Below, one piece after another: positions 40,533 to 54,285 of a stretch of 64,000 bases of DNA; position 1 is the stretch's first letter; each line of letters opens with the position of its first letter. The notes under the pieces are model-generated. The model saw only the letters and a program-made list of their open reading frames with translations, searched no databases and had not been told where the DNA came from. The stretch covers positions 33,170,001-33,234,000 of the forward strand of contig OX597814.1 in the NCBI GenBank assembly GCA_951406725.2, read 5' to 3'. Source of the DNA: Octopus vulgaris (Eukaryota). The translations under genes were made by a program, and so were the position numbers.

Positions 40533-40709
40533 ATCGACGTCATATTAACTTTATTGTAGCTGTTATTACAATTATCAATATTTTCTTAGAACTAAAGGGA
40601 CTTGCACTAAACACTCACCTCCTTCAAGCCCCCTTTTTTTTCTCTCACATTTTGTTAGATTTCTCTTATAATCAGTAAATAAAATATACGACAGAAAAGA
40701 AAGAAGCCC

Positions 40710-40747
<38 letters not shown>

Positions 40748-41519
40748 GTGCAACAGCAGCAACGAAGTAACAGTGGCAATGATAATCAAACTAACAACAA
40801 TAACGAGAGAGAACATAAAAATAATGACACATGAATAGTTTGGAAAATAGCGGTTAAGCTAGTTCACTTCTATTTTTACCTTATGTTGAATCGATGAATT
40901 ATGCACTGCGTAACATCATCAAAAATGGTTTATTTGCAATTTATCGAAAAATATACTGTCCTGTATTGAAACTGAAAATATGATCAACTCCGTCAAGAAG
41001 GAAGAAGCAGCAGATATAATAATTGAAATTGTAAAAAAAATATTATGACAAAAATCAATTTAATTTTGTTAGCGCCATTTTTTAATGTTTATAAAATATA
41101 TCAAAATTCACATTTTTTATATTTTACATTTATTTTTTTTGTTTTATTTCTTTTCAAATTATACTTTTTTTTATATATATTTTAGAATTTGGAATTAACC
41201 GATCCTTGAACAGAAACGTGCAGTATCTAATTAGAGAAAAATTACATGCATGTTATCGCCACCATCTGGTTTCTCGGTACCTTTAGTGTAATTTATTACG
41301 TTAGAAGTATTCAGACCTCATCTACTTGATGGAGCTTTGCAAAGGTCATGTGTAGTCCTCATCTTTCTTACATATTTATTAAAATACAAAGATACATTAA
41401 ACATAGACCTAACTACACATCGGCACACAAATGTACATAGATGAACGCAACCACATTCATATATATATACACAGTAAACAGACACACACACACACACATA
41501 CATACACACACACACACAC

Positions 41520-41564
<45 letters not shown>

Positions 41565-41567
<3 letters not shown>

Positions 41568-41810
41568 GCAATGATAGTTCACTAGCCGCTACACATTCAC
41601 ACACTGATGACGAGTCAATACCCAGAAACTCAGATCTGTGTGTATCACGTCAAGCTGGAGATGAGAAGGATGACTTCCCTTTGCAAATACCGATAGGGCA
41701 CAGAAAGTGTGTCAATAGCCAGCTGCAGGAGATATCTTCCTGGGACTACATGCTACCAGTAGCATCAACCCTTAAGAGTTAGCCACAATTAGGTGATAAA
41801 TATACTTCAC

Positions 41811-41815
<5 letters not shown>
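41565..41815 (+). mobile_element. ~250-bp hammerhead-containing element between (TA)n tracts (probable PLE terminal repeat); second copy at 51330-51610 (-)
   Basis: 41679-41815 is the reverse complement of ~51370-51501; motif cacaca CTGATGA cgagtcaataccca GAAA ctcaga TC tgtgtg at 41597-41643. Confidence 0.75.
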
Positions 41816-41864
<49 letters not shown>

Positions 41865-42049
41865 ACTCCATTAAATCTGCCTAAATGCATAAATACCAGA
41901 ACTTATTTTGACAGGCAGCTTCCTAAAGATTTCATCTGAATGAAATAGTTCTAATCCTGTAGAAGCTCCTTCTATAAAATAAATTACTTTACTCTGCTAT
42001 GTATTGAGTACTTTATTTACTGTGGTTAACCCCGACTCAACCCGGGACC

Positions 42050-42104
<55 letters not shown>

Positions 42105-42110
<6 letters not shown>

Positions 42111-42636
42111 GACGGGCTTCTTTCAGTTTTGGTCGGCCCGAGTCTATAATAGAAGACACTTGCCCAAGGTGACACGCAGTGGGACTGAACCCAAAACCAT
42201 GTGGCTGGTAAGCAAGCTACTTACCACATAGCCACTCCTGCGCCTATTATCTCTTACATATTTCAGTCTTTAGACGGCTGCCATACTGGCGCACAACCTG
42301 CATGTATTGGGAGATACATGCATCAACACCGCTTGTTAGGTGGTGATGGGGCACGAACACACTCAGTGATACACGCCCATATATATGCATGTATATTGAT
42401 GTGTGTGTATCTCTGAGTCTGTGCTCTACAACCGCTTGACAACCGGTGCTGGTGCGTTTATGTCCCAGCATATTTATATACGATGGGCATCTTTTAGTTT
42501 TTGTCTGCCAATTGCACTCACAAGGTGTGATCGGTCCGAGGCTATTGTAGAAGACACTTGCCTAAGATGCCATGTAGTGGGACTGAACCCGGAACCATGT
42601 ATCTGGGAAGCAAACTTCTTACCACACAGCCACAAC
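42105..42636 (-). mobile_element. two partial/diverged type A SINEs (42105-42245, ~42250-42636)
   Basis: agaagacacttgcc.aag...gtgggactgaaccc...cttaccaca.agccac occurs twice. Confidence 0.85.
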
Positions 42637-42650
42637 TAGACTTAGATATT

Positions 42651-42747
<97 letters not shown>

Positions 42748-44383
42748 ATGAATAGCCACGATAGGCAATGTCCGCCCTTGCTGAATTTAAACACATACTC
42801 AATAGGGAATCAACTCTGTTGGGGTGATGCCACAGTGAATCATTTCGATCCGATGGTCTACCGTTGTTTTTTACAATTACTTGCTCTCGCGTTCACTAGG
42901 TTTTATTTTTAAATAACTTTCGTTTCGTTTTAATGTTGTAGTCTGATAGTTAACTTTGAAATATGTTTTTAAGTTGTGGTCTAGTGAGATATATTGATAG
43001 TACATAAAAAATATTAAACTCACCATATGAAATTGATTTTTTTTCTTGTTGCAAGACACACTTTAAACTATAAATAATGATAAGAAGAAAAAACATAGCA
43101 CAATCTCGTATAACTCGGTTGAGAACAGGATTTTAATTTTCTATTTCCGTTGGGCATATACCAACAAACATTATTTTTTGTCTTAAAGTTTTATAGATTT
43201 CGGCTATATTCGTCTCAAACTTGTATTGATAGCAAACAAAGTTTAATTGCTTTTTTCTTACATTAATGCAATATCAGAAGATGGGATTGTTATGAATAAA
43301 GAACAAAAATTACGAAACAAAACATCCAAAAGAAAAAAAAACAATTAAGATCGCATTCTCTACTAGACAATTCTTGATTTCAAAGTTCTGCTAGCGGGGA
43401 AGTATATTAAAAGTAGATAGTAAGAATGCAGGTAAGCATAAAATTCAGTGTGAAATAGCTGTGGGCATCAGACGTTTATTAAACGATTTTTTGTCTTTTT
43501 GTTAGTTTTCATAGTTTTTTTTGTATTTCGCTTGTTTTTTTTTTTCTTACTGAATTTATCTGAAGATGAAGCAAAAACCTTTATCTTCGAAGATATTTTT
43601 GTCTCCTACTAACTGTAGGTCAAATATAGGTGACATAAGTTTTCAGTAAAAAAAAAAAAAATATATAAAAACAATGTCTCGGGTTTAGGTTATAATGTCA
43701 CAAAGCAACACACAATCCATTACTGTTTCAGGACCATGAAATTATGAATACATGAGAGATAAAGGATCATATGACAAACGGATTGAAGCGCAACATCATT
43801 TTCGCACCGGGTTATTTGCCGCTGGCGCAGTGACCGTTCTCCTCCAGTTAATCAACAACCACGTTAGAATTGTTTGGAAACAGTGAACCTTCTCGCCATT
43901 ATTGTGTTATTATATATATGACATAGATAGGTAAAAGGAAAAAAATTCTCACATGCATATAGAAATTTCCTGGGTGTCCTTTAATTTCACCACGCGATAT
44001 AAAATCGAAAATAAATGATAATTCGTTACGGTAGTTCAGGAAGATCTACATGGGATTTCTAGTTTCTTTTTTTTTTCTTTTGTTTGCCTTTCTTTCGCTA
44101 TAATAACTACCTCTATTTTTAACCTACACTCCTTTCTAAGCTTCCCTACGATGTATGTATGTACTTAGTCTTACGTAATAACCTTGGTACAATATAATGT
44201 TTCTATGAGCACACGTGTATACAACATGTTTCCCATCTACATTAATTTTTCACATTTAGCATCTTTTGCGTTTCATTTTTGATTTTTACTTTTAAATTGT
44301 ATTTTCGTTAGCGTTGAAGTAAAAGTAACATTTGAAATTAGAAAAGAATTAAAACTCAAAGTGGTAACCACGAAATATACTTA

Positions 44384-44453
<70 letters not shown>

Positions 44454-44455
<2 letters not shown>

Positions 44456-44700
44456 AGGCGCGTGGCTTAGTGGTTAGGATGTCAGCATCATGATCGTAAG
44501 ATTGTAGTTTCGATTCCTGGACCGGGCGACGCGTTGTGTTCTTGAGCAAAACACTTCATTTCACGTTGCTCCAGTCCACTCAGCTGGCAAAAATGAGTAA
44601 CGCTGCAATGGACTGGCGTCCCATCCAGCTGGGGAACACATACGCCATAGAAACCGGGAAACCGGGCCCATAGAGCCTGGCTAGGCTTTAAAAGGCACAT
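44454..44700 (+). mobile_element. SINE type C (tRNA head, V-domain-like core)
   Basis: A box tggcttagtgg, B box gtttcgattcc, core tgcaatggactggcgtcccatccag. Confidence 0.85.
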
Positions 44701-44884
44701 CTATTATATATATATATATGGATGTGTGTGAGTGTGAGTGTTCGTGTGTGTGTGCTTGCGTGTGTGTAAGAGACTAGTAGTGCAAGGATTGTATGCGTAA
44801 TGTACAATGTAAATATTGTTATTTTTACGTCTTAATAATACTTTTACTTCTGGAATAGATTCCAAACCATAAAAAATACCAAAT

Positions 44885-45120
44885 ATTGGTTTCAAATTTT
44901 GGCACAAGGCCAGCAACCATATATCACTCAAATTAACTCAACGAATCAGTCGATTAGATTGACCCCTATCGTCGAACTGGTGCTTATTTTATCGACCTCG
45001 GAAGGATGAAAGACAAAGCTGACTTCGGCGGCGGAATTTGAACTCGGAATGTATAGACCAATGAAATGCTGCTAAGCATTCCCGCCCGGTGTGCTAACGA
45101 TTCTGCCATCACCCCGCCTT
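44885..45120 (-). mobile_element. SINE type B with alternative tail
   Basis: Reverse-complement head and core; tail ggccttgtgccaaaatttgaaacc. Confidence 0.85.
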
Positions 45121-46961
45121 AAATACAAATTTTGATATTGCAAAGAAAAAAAGAATAATAATAATAATAAAACCAGGAAAATAGTTGTATTATCACAGCC
45201 ACAACTGAGCTCCGCCATTCTAATCACTACTGAAGTTATATTGCCACCATCATTCAGTAGCGTCTCAACGGCAATCAAGCAGTGAAATTTTACTGCTGTT
45301 AAGCATTGTCCTGAGTATGGTGTTAAACTGCATCGGGTAGTGAAGGTCCATTTCGGGAGTTCTAGACTTGTAGCGAATGAGGACTCACCCTTAATTACAA
45401 TTATTCCTGGTATGTTCTGACATGGAACGGTAGTAACTGTCAGGGTCCCATCTACGAGTTAGATAATTTTTTGTAAGGGTAGATTGGTTTCCTTAGCTGA
45501 GCTGCGACGAAAGAAATTATTTTAGGAGAAAGAAAATTCCAAAATTAATATTTTCTTCCTATATGCCATAAGCCACCATGGAAGAATGTGGCTGATAAAA
45601 CTAACATAAGATATTCCCAATAACATAGATTCATACTATAGGGGCAACTATCTCATGTTACTGCACATTGTGCCGTAGGAGTAATAGCGGGAAATGATGA
45701 AACATTTCCCTTGGAGTAACGCTCTGCATGATCATTCGATCTGCTAGAAATAGCAACTACATATCACTGAAATGAACTCAACTGTTTTATATTAGAAAAC
45801 ACACATTGGAGAAATATAAAAGATAATGTATATATAAATTGAATAAGATAGGATAAACCTAAGAAAAAGAGAAAGTATTTCTGACACAAAAGAAACTACT
45901 TAAAAAATTCTAGTGTTTTTTAACTCTCAATGTGTCTAATAAATGTTTCAAAGTTATTTCATAATTTATTCATTTGAAGCTGTCTTATCAATATTTAATG
46001 TTCATCTCACTATAATTTATTGCTTCTTATTTCTATTCTTTCTTCCTTGTCATATCTCATTATTTTATAAGCTGCCATAATTTTTTATAAAGTTTAGGCA
46101 ATGTGTCTTATAGCTTACATACATATATATATATATACACACACACACTAACGTGCATATGTATGTGTATGTTTGTGTGGCCGTGGGTGTGGGAGTGTAG
46201 GTGTGTGTACATTTATATATAGTATGTATATGTTTTTTTATTAATAATTGCCAAAAGTTACCGAGTGAATCAAGGGTCGAGTGTTTCGTGCGTTTCCAAT
46301 ACACGAAACTCTCGGTCCTTCAGACACTCTGTAATTTCAGCCGATTATCAATAAAAAAAGAGTATAAATACTCATGTTTTGAGTTCTATTTACTTGTTTG
46401 CATCACCAAACTTCTGATAATATTTATCTAAACAATAAATGTTGCGACAACAACAGAAGAGGGATATTCACACCGAGTTAGTTCGTTTCGTGTGTATCAG
46501 GGAAATGTGTGTCCGCAATGATACTGAACTGTTGAAATCGTCGAAATTTCGAGTCGTTGTTGAACGGCGTAAGACTCTGCAGAAAGTTCATGTTAGCTTT
46601 ATCAGGACTACTGACCAGTTACGAGGTAAACCATCTGTATAAGCCATGATCAATCAAATCAAACGCGCCAAAGACAACATTTTTAATGACATTTTAATAG
46701 TGTTTACAATAATTGATGTTCTAATAAGTTAAGCATCTGCTGTATTTATTGTGTTTTCGCTAGCTACTGATAAAAACAAGGTCTTAATGTTTGTACCAGG
46801 GATTTGAATGGTCTGTTCTTAGCTGACGTCATCAATCTTTGGCAGAAGTCTGTTCACGTCGGAATACATTAAATTTAGGTCCAGTTCTAAAGCATCCAGT
46901 TCGCGTTTGATACTCAGCTTTTATTCCTGCAAATCACACACACACACATACATATATATGT

Positions 46962-49900
46962 ATTTTCTTTATTTGTGAATTAAAGCTACCATTAGTTTCA
47001 TGTTCAGAAAATTAAAAATACATTCGCCTCCATTTTTGGTAAACAGTCTCGCTTCGTGCACGAGATTTCTCGTAAATTCACGTAAATAAAACACTGAATC
47101 AATGATTCAAGGGACGTTACTCTTGAGTGGCATGTTGTGGATGTTTGTCGCCCTTGAAATTGTCTTTTGGTTAAATTTTTTTGTGATGAATTTGTTTGCA
47201 TAATTTTACACTATTTGTTTTTGGTTTGGGCATGGTGTTCTTGTACTTGTATGTTGAGCTAGTTCGTCATTGGTGCATATTTCTTCTTGTGCGAAGTTTG
47301 TGTGCTATGTGTGTTTACATTTAGGAAAGGGGCTATCCTGGTAGGGTTACCCTCGTTTATAGGGGCTCTTCTTTGAAATATTTGAATCTAAACTATTGCT
47401 TGTGTACGCAAGAATAGGTTTCATCCTTAATATTTAAGATGCTATTTGTTGATCGTATGTTTAATTTTTCAGCAATACAGAGTTCACATTTGGTACTCCG
47501 TATTTTGTATTTTTAGTTTTAGCAATAATTTTCCATTCTGTCTGGGGGTTGCTTATTCTACCTTTTTGTAAAGTCCCTATCATATTTGATAGAGATGTCG
47601 CATGTTCTTTTTCGTTTTCGTCTCCGAATGATGCAAGATGTTGTTTATACCTTTGTTTGAACGTGTTTGCCCGTTATTCCCATATAGTCGTTGCTATTCT
47701 GTTGGAGTCCGTGACCTTGGCCTTGTATATTATTTTTTCTCGAGGTAGTTGTTGTTTAGAGGGCAGCGGTTTGGGGATCTGAAGTCGCATTGTCTTTCTC
47801 GGATGTTTCCTGGTGTATTTATGTTTATTGTGGTTGAGCATTATTGACCCTATATTAGGGAGGCATCTATTGCTAACTTTAACAGTATTTCTGTTGAAGA
47901 TCTTGTTGTTATCTCCACCGATAAGTTTGTTATTATTTTATTGCTTGGTCTTGGTTTTGCGGTTTGTCGGGGGTGGGTTACTTCCGGTTTGTATCTGAAA
48001 CGGATGTTATTTCTTCTGACGACCGGCGGGTCGTGTCTATTTGTGTCCGTTCGTGTCTCGGAGGACTGCTGTCATCCTTGAATGGTTTTTGGTTTCGTGT
48101 TGCTGTGAGCGTGGCTTTGTATCGGTGTGGCCAATTTTGCTTCTTCTGTGGTGATGATCCTACAGAGTTCTTTCTACCGTTGCTGCTTCGTGTAGAAATC
48201 TAAACGGGCGGGTTCACAGTCACTACTGTGACTATAAAGATGAACAATAGTTTGAACTTTGGAGCCATTTATTTTGTACTCATACTTTACGATATGTACG
48301 TGTGCCACGTACACTTGCCGTACACTAATATGAACACGTGACACACGTACACATCGTAAGGTATGAGTAGAAAATAAATGGCTCCAAAGTTCAAACCATT
48401 GTTCATCTTTATTGTCACAGTGGTGATTGTGACCTCAGCCTCCTAGATTTCTACTCGAAGCAGCAACACTTAGAATATTTTTGTGAATGTGGAAAGTAGT
48501 TTTTTATTAGTTTTAAGAATTGTTTATGTTAGTAGCTACATTCATGCTATAACGTGGGTTGAACCATAAGATTTTCCTGTTTGCATCTTTCTTGTCTATT
48601 TATATCTGGTTCAATGTAGTGTATGCTATTCTTGAAGTTGGATCTTTCTAATGCAACATTATAATTTGGGTCGGCTTTTTCAAAAGTGTCTTTGTCGACG
48701 GATAAATTGGAGCCACGACTGCTAATATTGTTAACCATTTGTTTAACTACTGCTGTTGGGTGGTTGGAACCTATGCCTATGTACGAGGTTTCCTCACTTT
48801 GTTTGTGGTAGGGTTTTAATTTTTCTGTGTTAAGATTCATATTAATGTCTAGGAAGTTGACTTCTTTAAGGTTTGTACTGATAGTAGTTCTTAGGCCTAA
48901 TTGACGAAATATCTTGCATAATTTTTCCTTATTTTATTTATATTATGTCCGTTTTTATTGTGTACTTCTCCAAGGCCATCGTCCCTATATAAGCTCATGT
49001 TAGCTTCTTTTATTTCTTTTCCAAGGGCATCTAGGATATAAAGGCCTACAAGGTCAGCTATATCTCTATATTTCTCCAATGCCACGTCAAATAACTCGTC
49101 TCCATTTTTTTATCCAGTAGAAAATATCATGAAAGAATAATGACTTCCTTACATTCATAATTGGTATTTGTTATAGAGACATGTTTTGCTAAACTCAAGT
49201 GCCTTCTGAAGCAAGCTTTTGGAGATCGAGGGGTAGAATTCTACGATATCGAACTGTATAAATTTGCATTTGGGTTTATCTTCTATTTCTTAAACCATTC
49301 AATAGTTGCACTACTGGGTAAGATTTGTGTGTGCCCTGATATGTCGTATAATATTATCTAATATAGATTTACTAATAATTCCTATTTCACTTTTTTGTGG
49401 TATGTATTAATCTACAAGTAAAGGTTTTGCGTGAAATTGTTTTTATGGTCTTTCAGAGTTGTAAAAGGATTTCGTGGGATAAGCTCTTCTACTTCACTTT
49501 CTATTTTAAACTTTGTGCCTAGATTTATTTTTTTTGCTTTTATATTAATTGAATTATAAGTGGTGGGGTTTGTTTCCTTGTATGTTTTAGTTACGTTGTC
49601 AGTAGTTTGTTGTGTGTTTGGTTGTTTACTTCGTAAATACCTTTTTGTTTTGTCTGATGTTTTGAAAGTTTCGATGTATGTTTGTAATGTATGTTGAAAC
49701 TTGTTGAAGTTTGCGTTGAATATAACATTACTGACTAACTCTATAAGAACGTCTTCAAATTTTTCTGGGTTTTTAATGTGTGGTGTGTTTTTATAAGATC
49801 TGAAACCGTAATTATCCTCTGCATGAGGGATGCACGTATCTTTATCGAAAAAATAGGCCTTCCATTTCATTCTCCTCAGAACGTTTTCAATAACATGCTT

Positions 49901-50140
49901 GATGTATTGTTTCCTTGGTGGAATAGGAATATTTTTCAGTGATGTCATTATTTCGTGTTTTACCATGATTTGTTTTGATTCTTTGTTCGCTTTCAATGAT
50001 TAACCTGTCTTTGTTGACGTCGGAAGCTTTGATACGTAAATGTCGAACGATTAAATGAGTGCTCAATTCCGCATTGGTGGATATAAAATTTCTTTATTTG
50101 TGAATTAAGGCCACCCTTGGTTTCATATTCAGAGGATTAG
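46962..50140 (-). mobile_element. Penelope-like element (RT + C-terminal GIY-YIG; Naiad-like motifs), near full length, decayed
   Basis: SLKNIPIP, RRMKWKAYFF, TLKDHK, LYRDDGL, SNHP, KIFNRNTVKVS, IYKAKV...YMG...FKQRY, CELCIAEK; ~48-bp direct repeats at 46963-47010 and 50089-50136. Confidence 0.9.
47905..48468. mobile_element. insertion in the PLE ORF containing a fold-back palindrome (48179-48467, ~130-bp arms)
   Basis: Splits YFPHSQKYSK|IFNRNTV, with AAG present at both junctions. Confidence 0.7.
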
Positions 50141-50142
50141 AA

Positions 50143-50173
<31 letters not shown>

Positions 50174-50230
50174 CAAATCACGAGATAATACGATAATAAA
50201 TGTGCGTGTACAAACACACGGACCTACGCG

Positions 50231-50262
<32 letters not shown>

Positions 50263-50464
50263 ATCTAAATGTAAAAGGAGCGCTAAGTGTCATTTCATTT
50301 GACGCAAAGGTATGAGCATTGTAGACCAATTCTACCTTCCACTCTTATCTCCGATATGTTTTGATAGTAATCATAACCCTATTTAAGTTAGTGTGCGGAG
50401 TCTGCTTGCCGTATTTGAAAATAAAAAACGAAGAGAGGAAATATTATCGATATCGGTACGTTAT

Positions 50465-50564
50465 ATAACGTACACGTGTTTCAGAAGTCCGGCAAACATT
50501 AACTATGCGAGCTTGAATTCCTAGATACAAAACAAAGGCAGCCGGACCACTTCATCAGCGTTAT
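50465..50564 (-). ncRNA. type I hammerhead ribozyme motif, apparently intact
   Basis: ataacg CTGATGA ag-tg-gtccggc[47 nt]gccggac-tt-ct GAAA cacgtg TA cgttat: perfect 6-bp stem I, paired stem II, palindromic stem III ACACGTGT, GUA site. Confidence 0.85.
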
Positions 50565-50751
50565 TGGCAAAATTACAACACAAGGAGTGATGCGTACCCC
50601 AATATACAGCAGTGTGCAAACATGAACAGTTAGGATATCTAAGAAAATAAAGAGGAGGAGGTGTAAATGTGTGCAAGAGGATGTTATGGTGGTAGAGAAA
50701 CGAAGGCCCACAAGTCCACGTCTCACCCAGTACGTATAAGAGAGCAGCAAC

Positions 50752-50820
<69 letters not shown>

Positions 50821-51522
50821 TAAATAAGGAAAAATAATAAAAACAAATATAATAATAAACCCAATAATAAAAATCCGTTATATGAATATAATTCCGTTGT
50901 ATGCAACAGAAGTAGTATTATACGAAAATAGCCATTCACGTGTTAAACTTAATGTATATACATAAACGCAAACTCACTTTGATATTTGTCTGGAGACAAC
51001 ATCATTTATGGATGTTTGGTGTCTAAAAACACAATATATCACCAGGAGACGAAAAGTGTCTCAACAGCGGCTTAAGAAATTACCAGGAAATTTTCTTTCT
51101 CCTTCGGTTCAGTTCCTGAATACACGCACCGAGATACAAGAGAGCATCAACGTGATCGTGCAAACTGCTTGAAACAGCTCATAAATATACCTCAGTCCGC
51201 CATCTCTCAGATAAAAAAAACACCGGGTACATAGGATAATGTAATCCGAGACAGACTCCTCTCTATATTTTCAGCCCAAGCTAGAACACTTCTGTATTAA
51301 CATATCCTATATATATATATATATAATGATAAATCTCAGAGCGAGTTATAAACAGTAGCAGCAACACATCGTGACGTATATTTGCCATTTGAATATGGCT
51401 AACCCCTAAGGGTGGATGCTACTGTAGTTTGTAGCCCCAGGAGGACACCTCCTCCAGCTGGCTATAGACACACTTTCTGTGCCCTATCAGTATTTGCAAA
51501 GTATTTGTGTATCAACTTATGA

Positions 51523-51570
51523 TACACATGGACTCGAGTTTCAGGGTATTGACCCGTCATCGGCGTGTGA
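51523..51570 (-). ncRNA. minimal hammerhead motif (core variant CCGATGA)
   Basis: tcacacg CCGATGA c-gggt-caat-accc-t GAAA ctcgag TC catgtgta; palindromic stem III ACTCGAGT; GUC site. Confidence 0.7.
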
Positions 51571-51612
51571 CAATCACAGTTGTCGACGAGAAGTCCGTTC
51601 CCTTCACATATT

Positions 51613-51663
<51 letters not shown>

Positions 51664-51877
51664 ATCTCCGCTCACCTCGTTATCTGTACCATATATCATA
51701 CGCAGAACAAACAATATCCTAAATCAGTTCATCCAATATGGAATTTCCTCTACGTTCACTATTTTCCAAAAGGGCGCGACATACAGAGCCTGTGGCTAAA
51801 CACCAAATTTATCGACGTCCCTAGTCGTTTTGGACAGGGTCGACAAAATCAGGAGCGTTTCTTATTTATGGTTTAAA

Positions 51878-52267
51878 TCTATATATATAAAGCTGAAGTT
51901 GTCTGTGTGTAGCAGGTTTGGTAGCCTTCAACTAACACTAACTCCTCCGAGACCCTGCGGCGCAAGTTGACCAAAATTGAGAGTATGATAGAAGAAGGCT
52001 TGTTTTTCATTTCGTAGAAGATGAAATTAAAATCGGAGTATGTTAAGACAAAAAATTATTTACATCAAATGGGTGCTTTTTTTCCATGAAAATCCCTATT
52101 TTTAACGATTTTTTGACTGCTGTGTCGCTATTTTTTGGTGTATTTCAGCCAGAAAAAGGTTCGCGTAAAGAGAATAACAAGCTACATAATGCAAGACTTT
52201 TACTTTTCAAAAATTCCAATTCTAAAGGGTCGAAACAAACCCGAGCAACGCCGGGCGATACTGCTAG
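51878..52267 (+). mobile_element. non-autonomous Helitron
   Basis: A|TC 5' end, hairpin cccgagcaacgccggg, CTAG|T 3' end, no target duplication. Confidence 0.93.
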
Positions 52268-53654
52268 TAACTGATAAATAAAACTACTAATAAAACTGTA
52301 TCACAGGGTAACTATGTCATTTCGTAATCGAAAATGCTTCGGTGATATTCGGCCACACATATATTTTTATTTTCATTCCACAAATTACAAATACCCATAA
52401 ACTTTTTTCCGAAGATATTTAAATGAGATATAGAGATAGCTATGTATTCTTCAAGTATTTAAATAGTATAAGTAAGATAAAGGGAGTCTACATGAAATTC
52501 GAAACAGCGTGTAAGGACTCTGATTGCCATATATATATCTCAATAAAATAAATCTGGCTGCATAAATTTCAGAAATATTAAGATGAGACTTCTAAATCGG
52601 TAATATTTCTCTTTTTCACGTTTCCCTTTTAATTTTTATTTTCATTTTTTACCCTCAAGTAATTGATTTGATGTATGATATATTTCATTGGTCTTTTACA
52701 CATAACGGAAATTATTACATTAAGCAAAAGTAGTAGAAATCAATAGAGTATTTCCTCTAGCTTCTATGGTTAAAATACTGAAAGATAAGAGCCGTGGTTT
52801 GCTGCCAAAAATTGTTGTGACACCCAGCACACGTCTTAAAAATTGACATTGCTGTACGCCAACCTTTAAGGAATTAGTCTTTAAGAACATGCTACCGTTG
52901 CTGAGATCAAAGACTTGTGAGAGAATATAAAATGTTGCTTTACCCTAAAACGCAATGTATCTGAAAGATAGCAAGGATTCAAAGTGAGATATATCTGTTC
53001 TGTATATCCTACAGTTAATCTTTTTTTGTTTCTACTCTCTCTCTCTATCTATCTTTCTCTCTTTTTCTCTCTCTCCCTCTCCTTCTCTCCCCGTATATTC
53101 TGCTTATTTATCTGTCTATTCTATAGAATATCTGGTGCATTTTTCTGGATACGATACTGTACAATATATAAAATATGAAACATAAGATTAAGTTATAATA
53201 TTATGTTCGATATAGATATCCTCAAAAGTTGTAAGAATATTTTAGGCTCTTTAATGATTTTTCAACTAACAAATATTATTTAAGAAAGTTTTAGAAAATT
53301 CTAAGAAGTGTGAAAATAATATTTAGAATTTCCATTATCACTGTTGAACAAAAATTTCTTGAACTTTTATTAAGTAACGACATTAATAGCTACAAATTAA
53401 AACAAAATTATTCACATCTTGTATGGAATTAAAAGAAAGCGAAATACACATATCTTTTCTGTCGTATCTAGATTAGAGGCATAGTAAAAATTACAGAATT
53501 ATCTTGCAAAATTGGCTTCAGTTAGTAACACTTTTCTTTAGTTTGGTACAATGACTAAACCTCACTGAATATATCTCTTCATTTTGACTCACACACAAGT
53601 ATATACATACGTGAATATACATGTACAAGGACATAAGGATATATGTACATCTAT

Positions 53655-53686
<32 letters not shown>

Positions 53687-53687
53687 G

Positions 53688-53734
<47 letters not shown>

Positions 53735-54217
53735 TTTTAGAAGTTTAAAGCTTACAGTAGTGACTAAAAAATAGTCTAATAATGCGTCATATATATATGT
53801 GTGTGTGTGTGTCTGTCTGCGTGTGTGTATGTGCGTGTGTGTGTGTAAGTAATGATTATTACGGCATAGAATATGGAGAGTTGTTCATCCATAAAATTTA
53901 TTTATTTTTATTTAAATCTGAGATCCATCATAGTATCTGCCTGAAAGATATATCCCTCTAAACACACTCACTCCTCTCTCTTTCTATCGTTTTCTCTCTC
54001 TCTCACGCACACACATATATATGTATGTATATGTATATATTTATAAATATATATGTGGAGTATTGTGTGTGTACTTACGCATATATATATATATATAATT
54101 ATATATACATATATATATATATATAATTATATATATATATATATAATATTAATTAGAGACAAAACCACTATTATGCAAATCAAACAAAGAAAGACTTAAT
54201 CCAATACATAAAAATTT

Positions 54218-54281
<64 letters not shown>

Positions 54282-54285
<4 letters not shown>

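Noticed and set aside
43380-43900. Splice-donor-like caggtaag and a moderately GC-rich patch
   Set aside because: No supporting open frame or recognisable protein motif; small host exons cannot be excluded without RNA data.
44454-44530. tRNA-like sequences (also 21380-21468, 55880-55951, type A heads)
   Set aside because: They continue into repeat bodies and lack intact cloverleaves, so they are SINE heads.
47902-48469. PLE insert read as a GT-AG intron on the minus strand
   Set aside because: Splicing at these sites shifts the frame by one base and there is no polypyrimidine tract.
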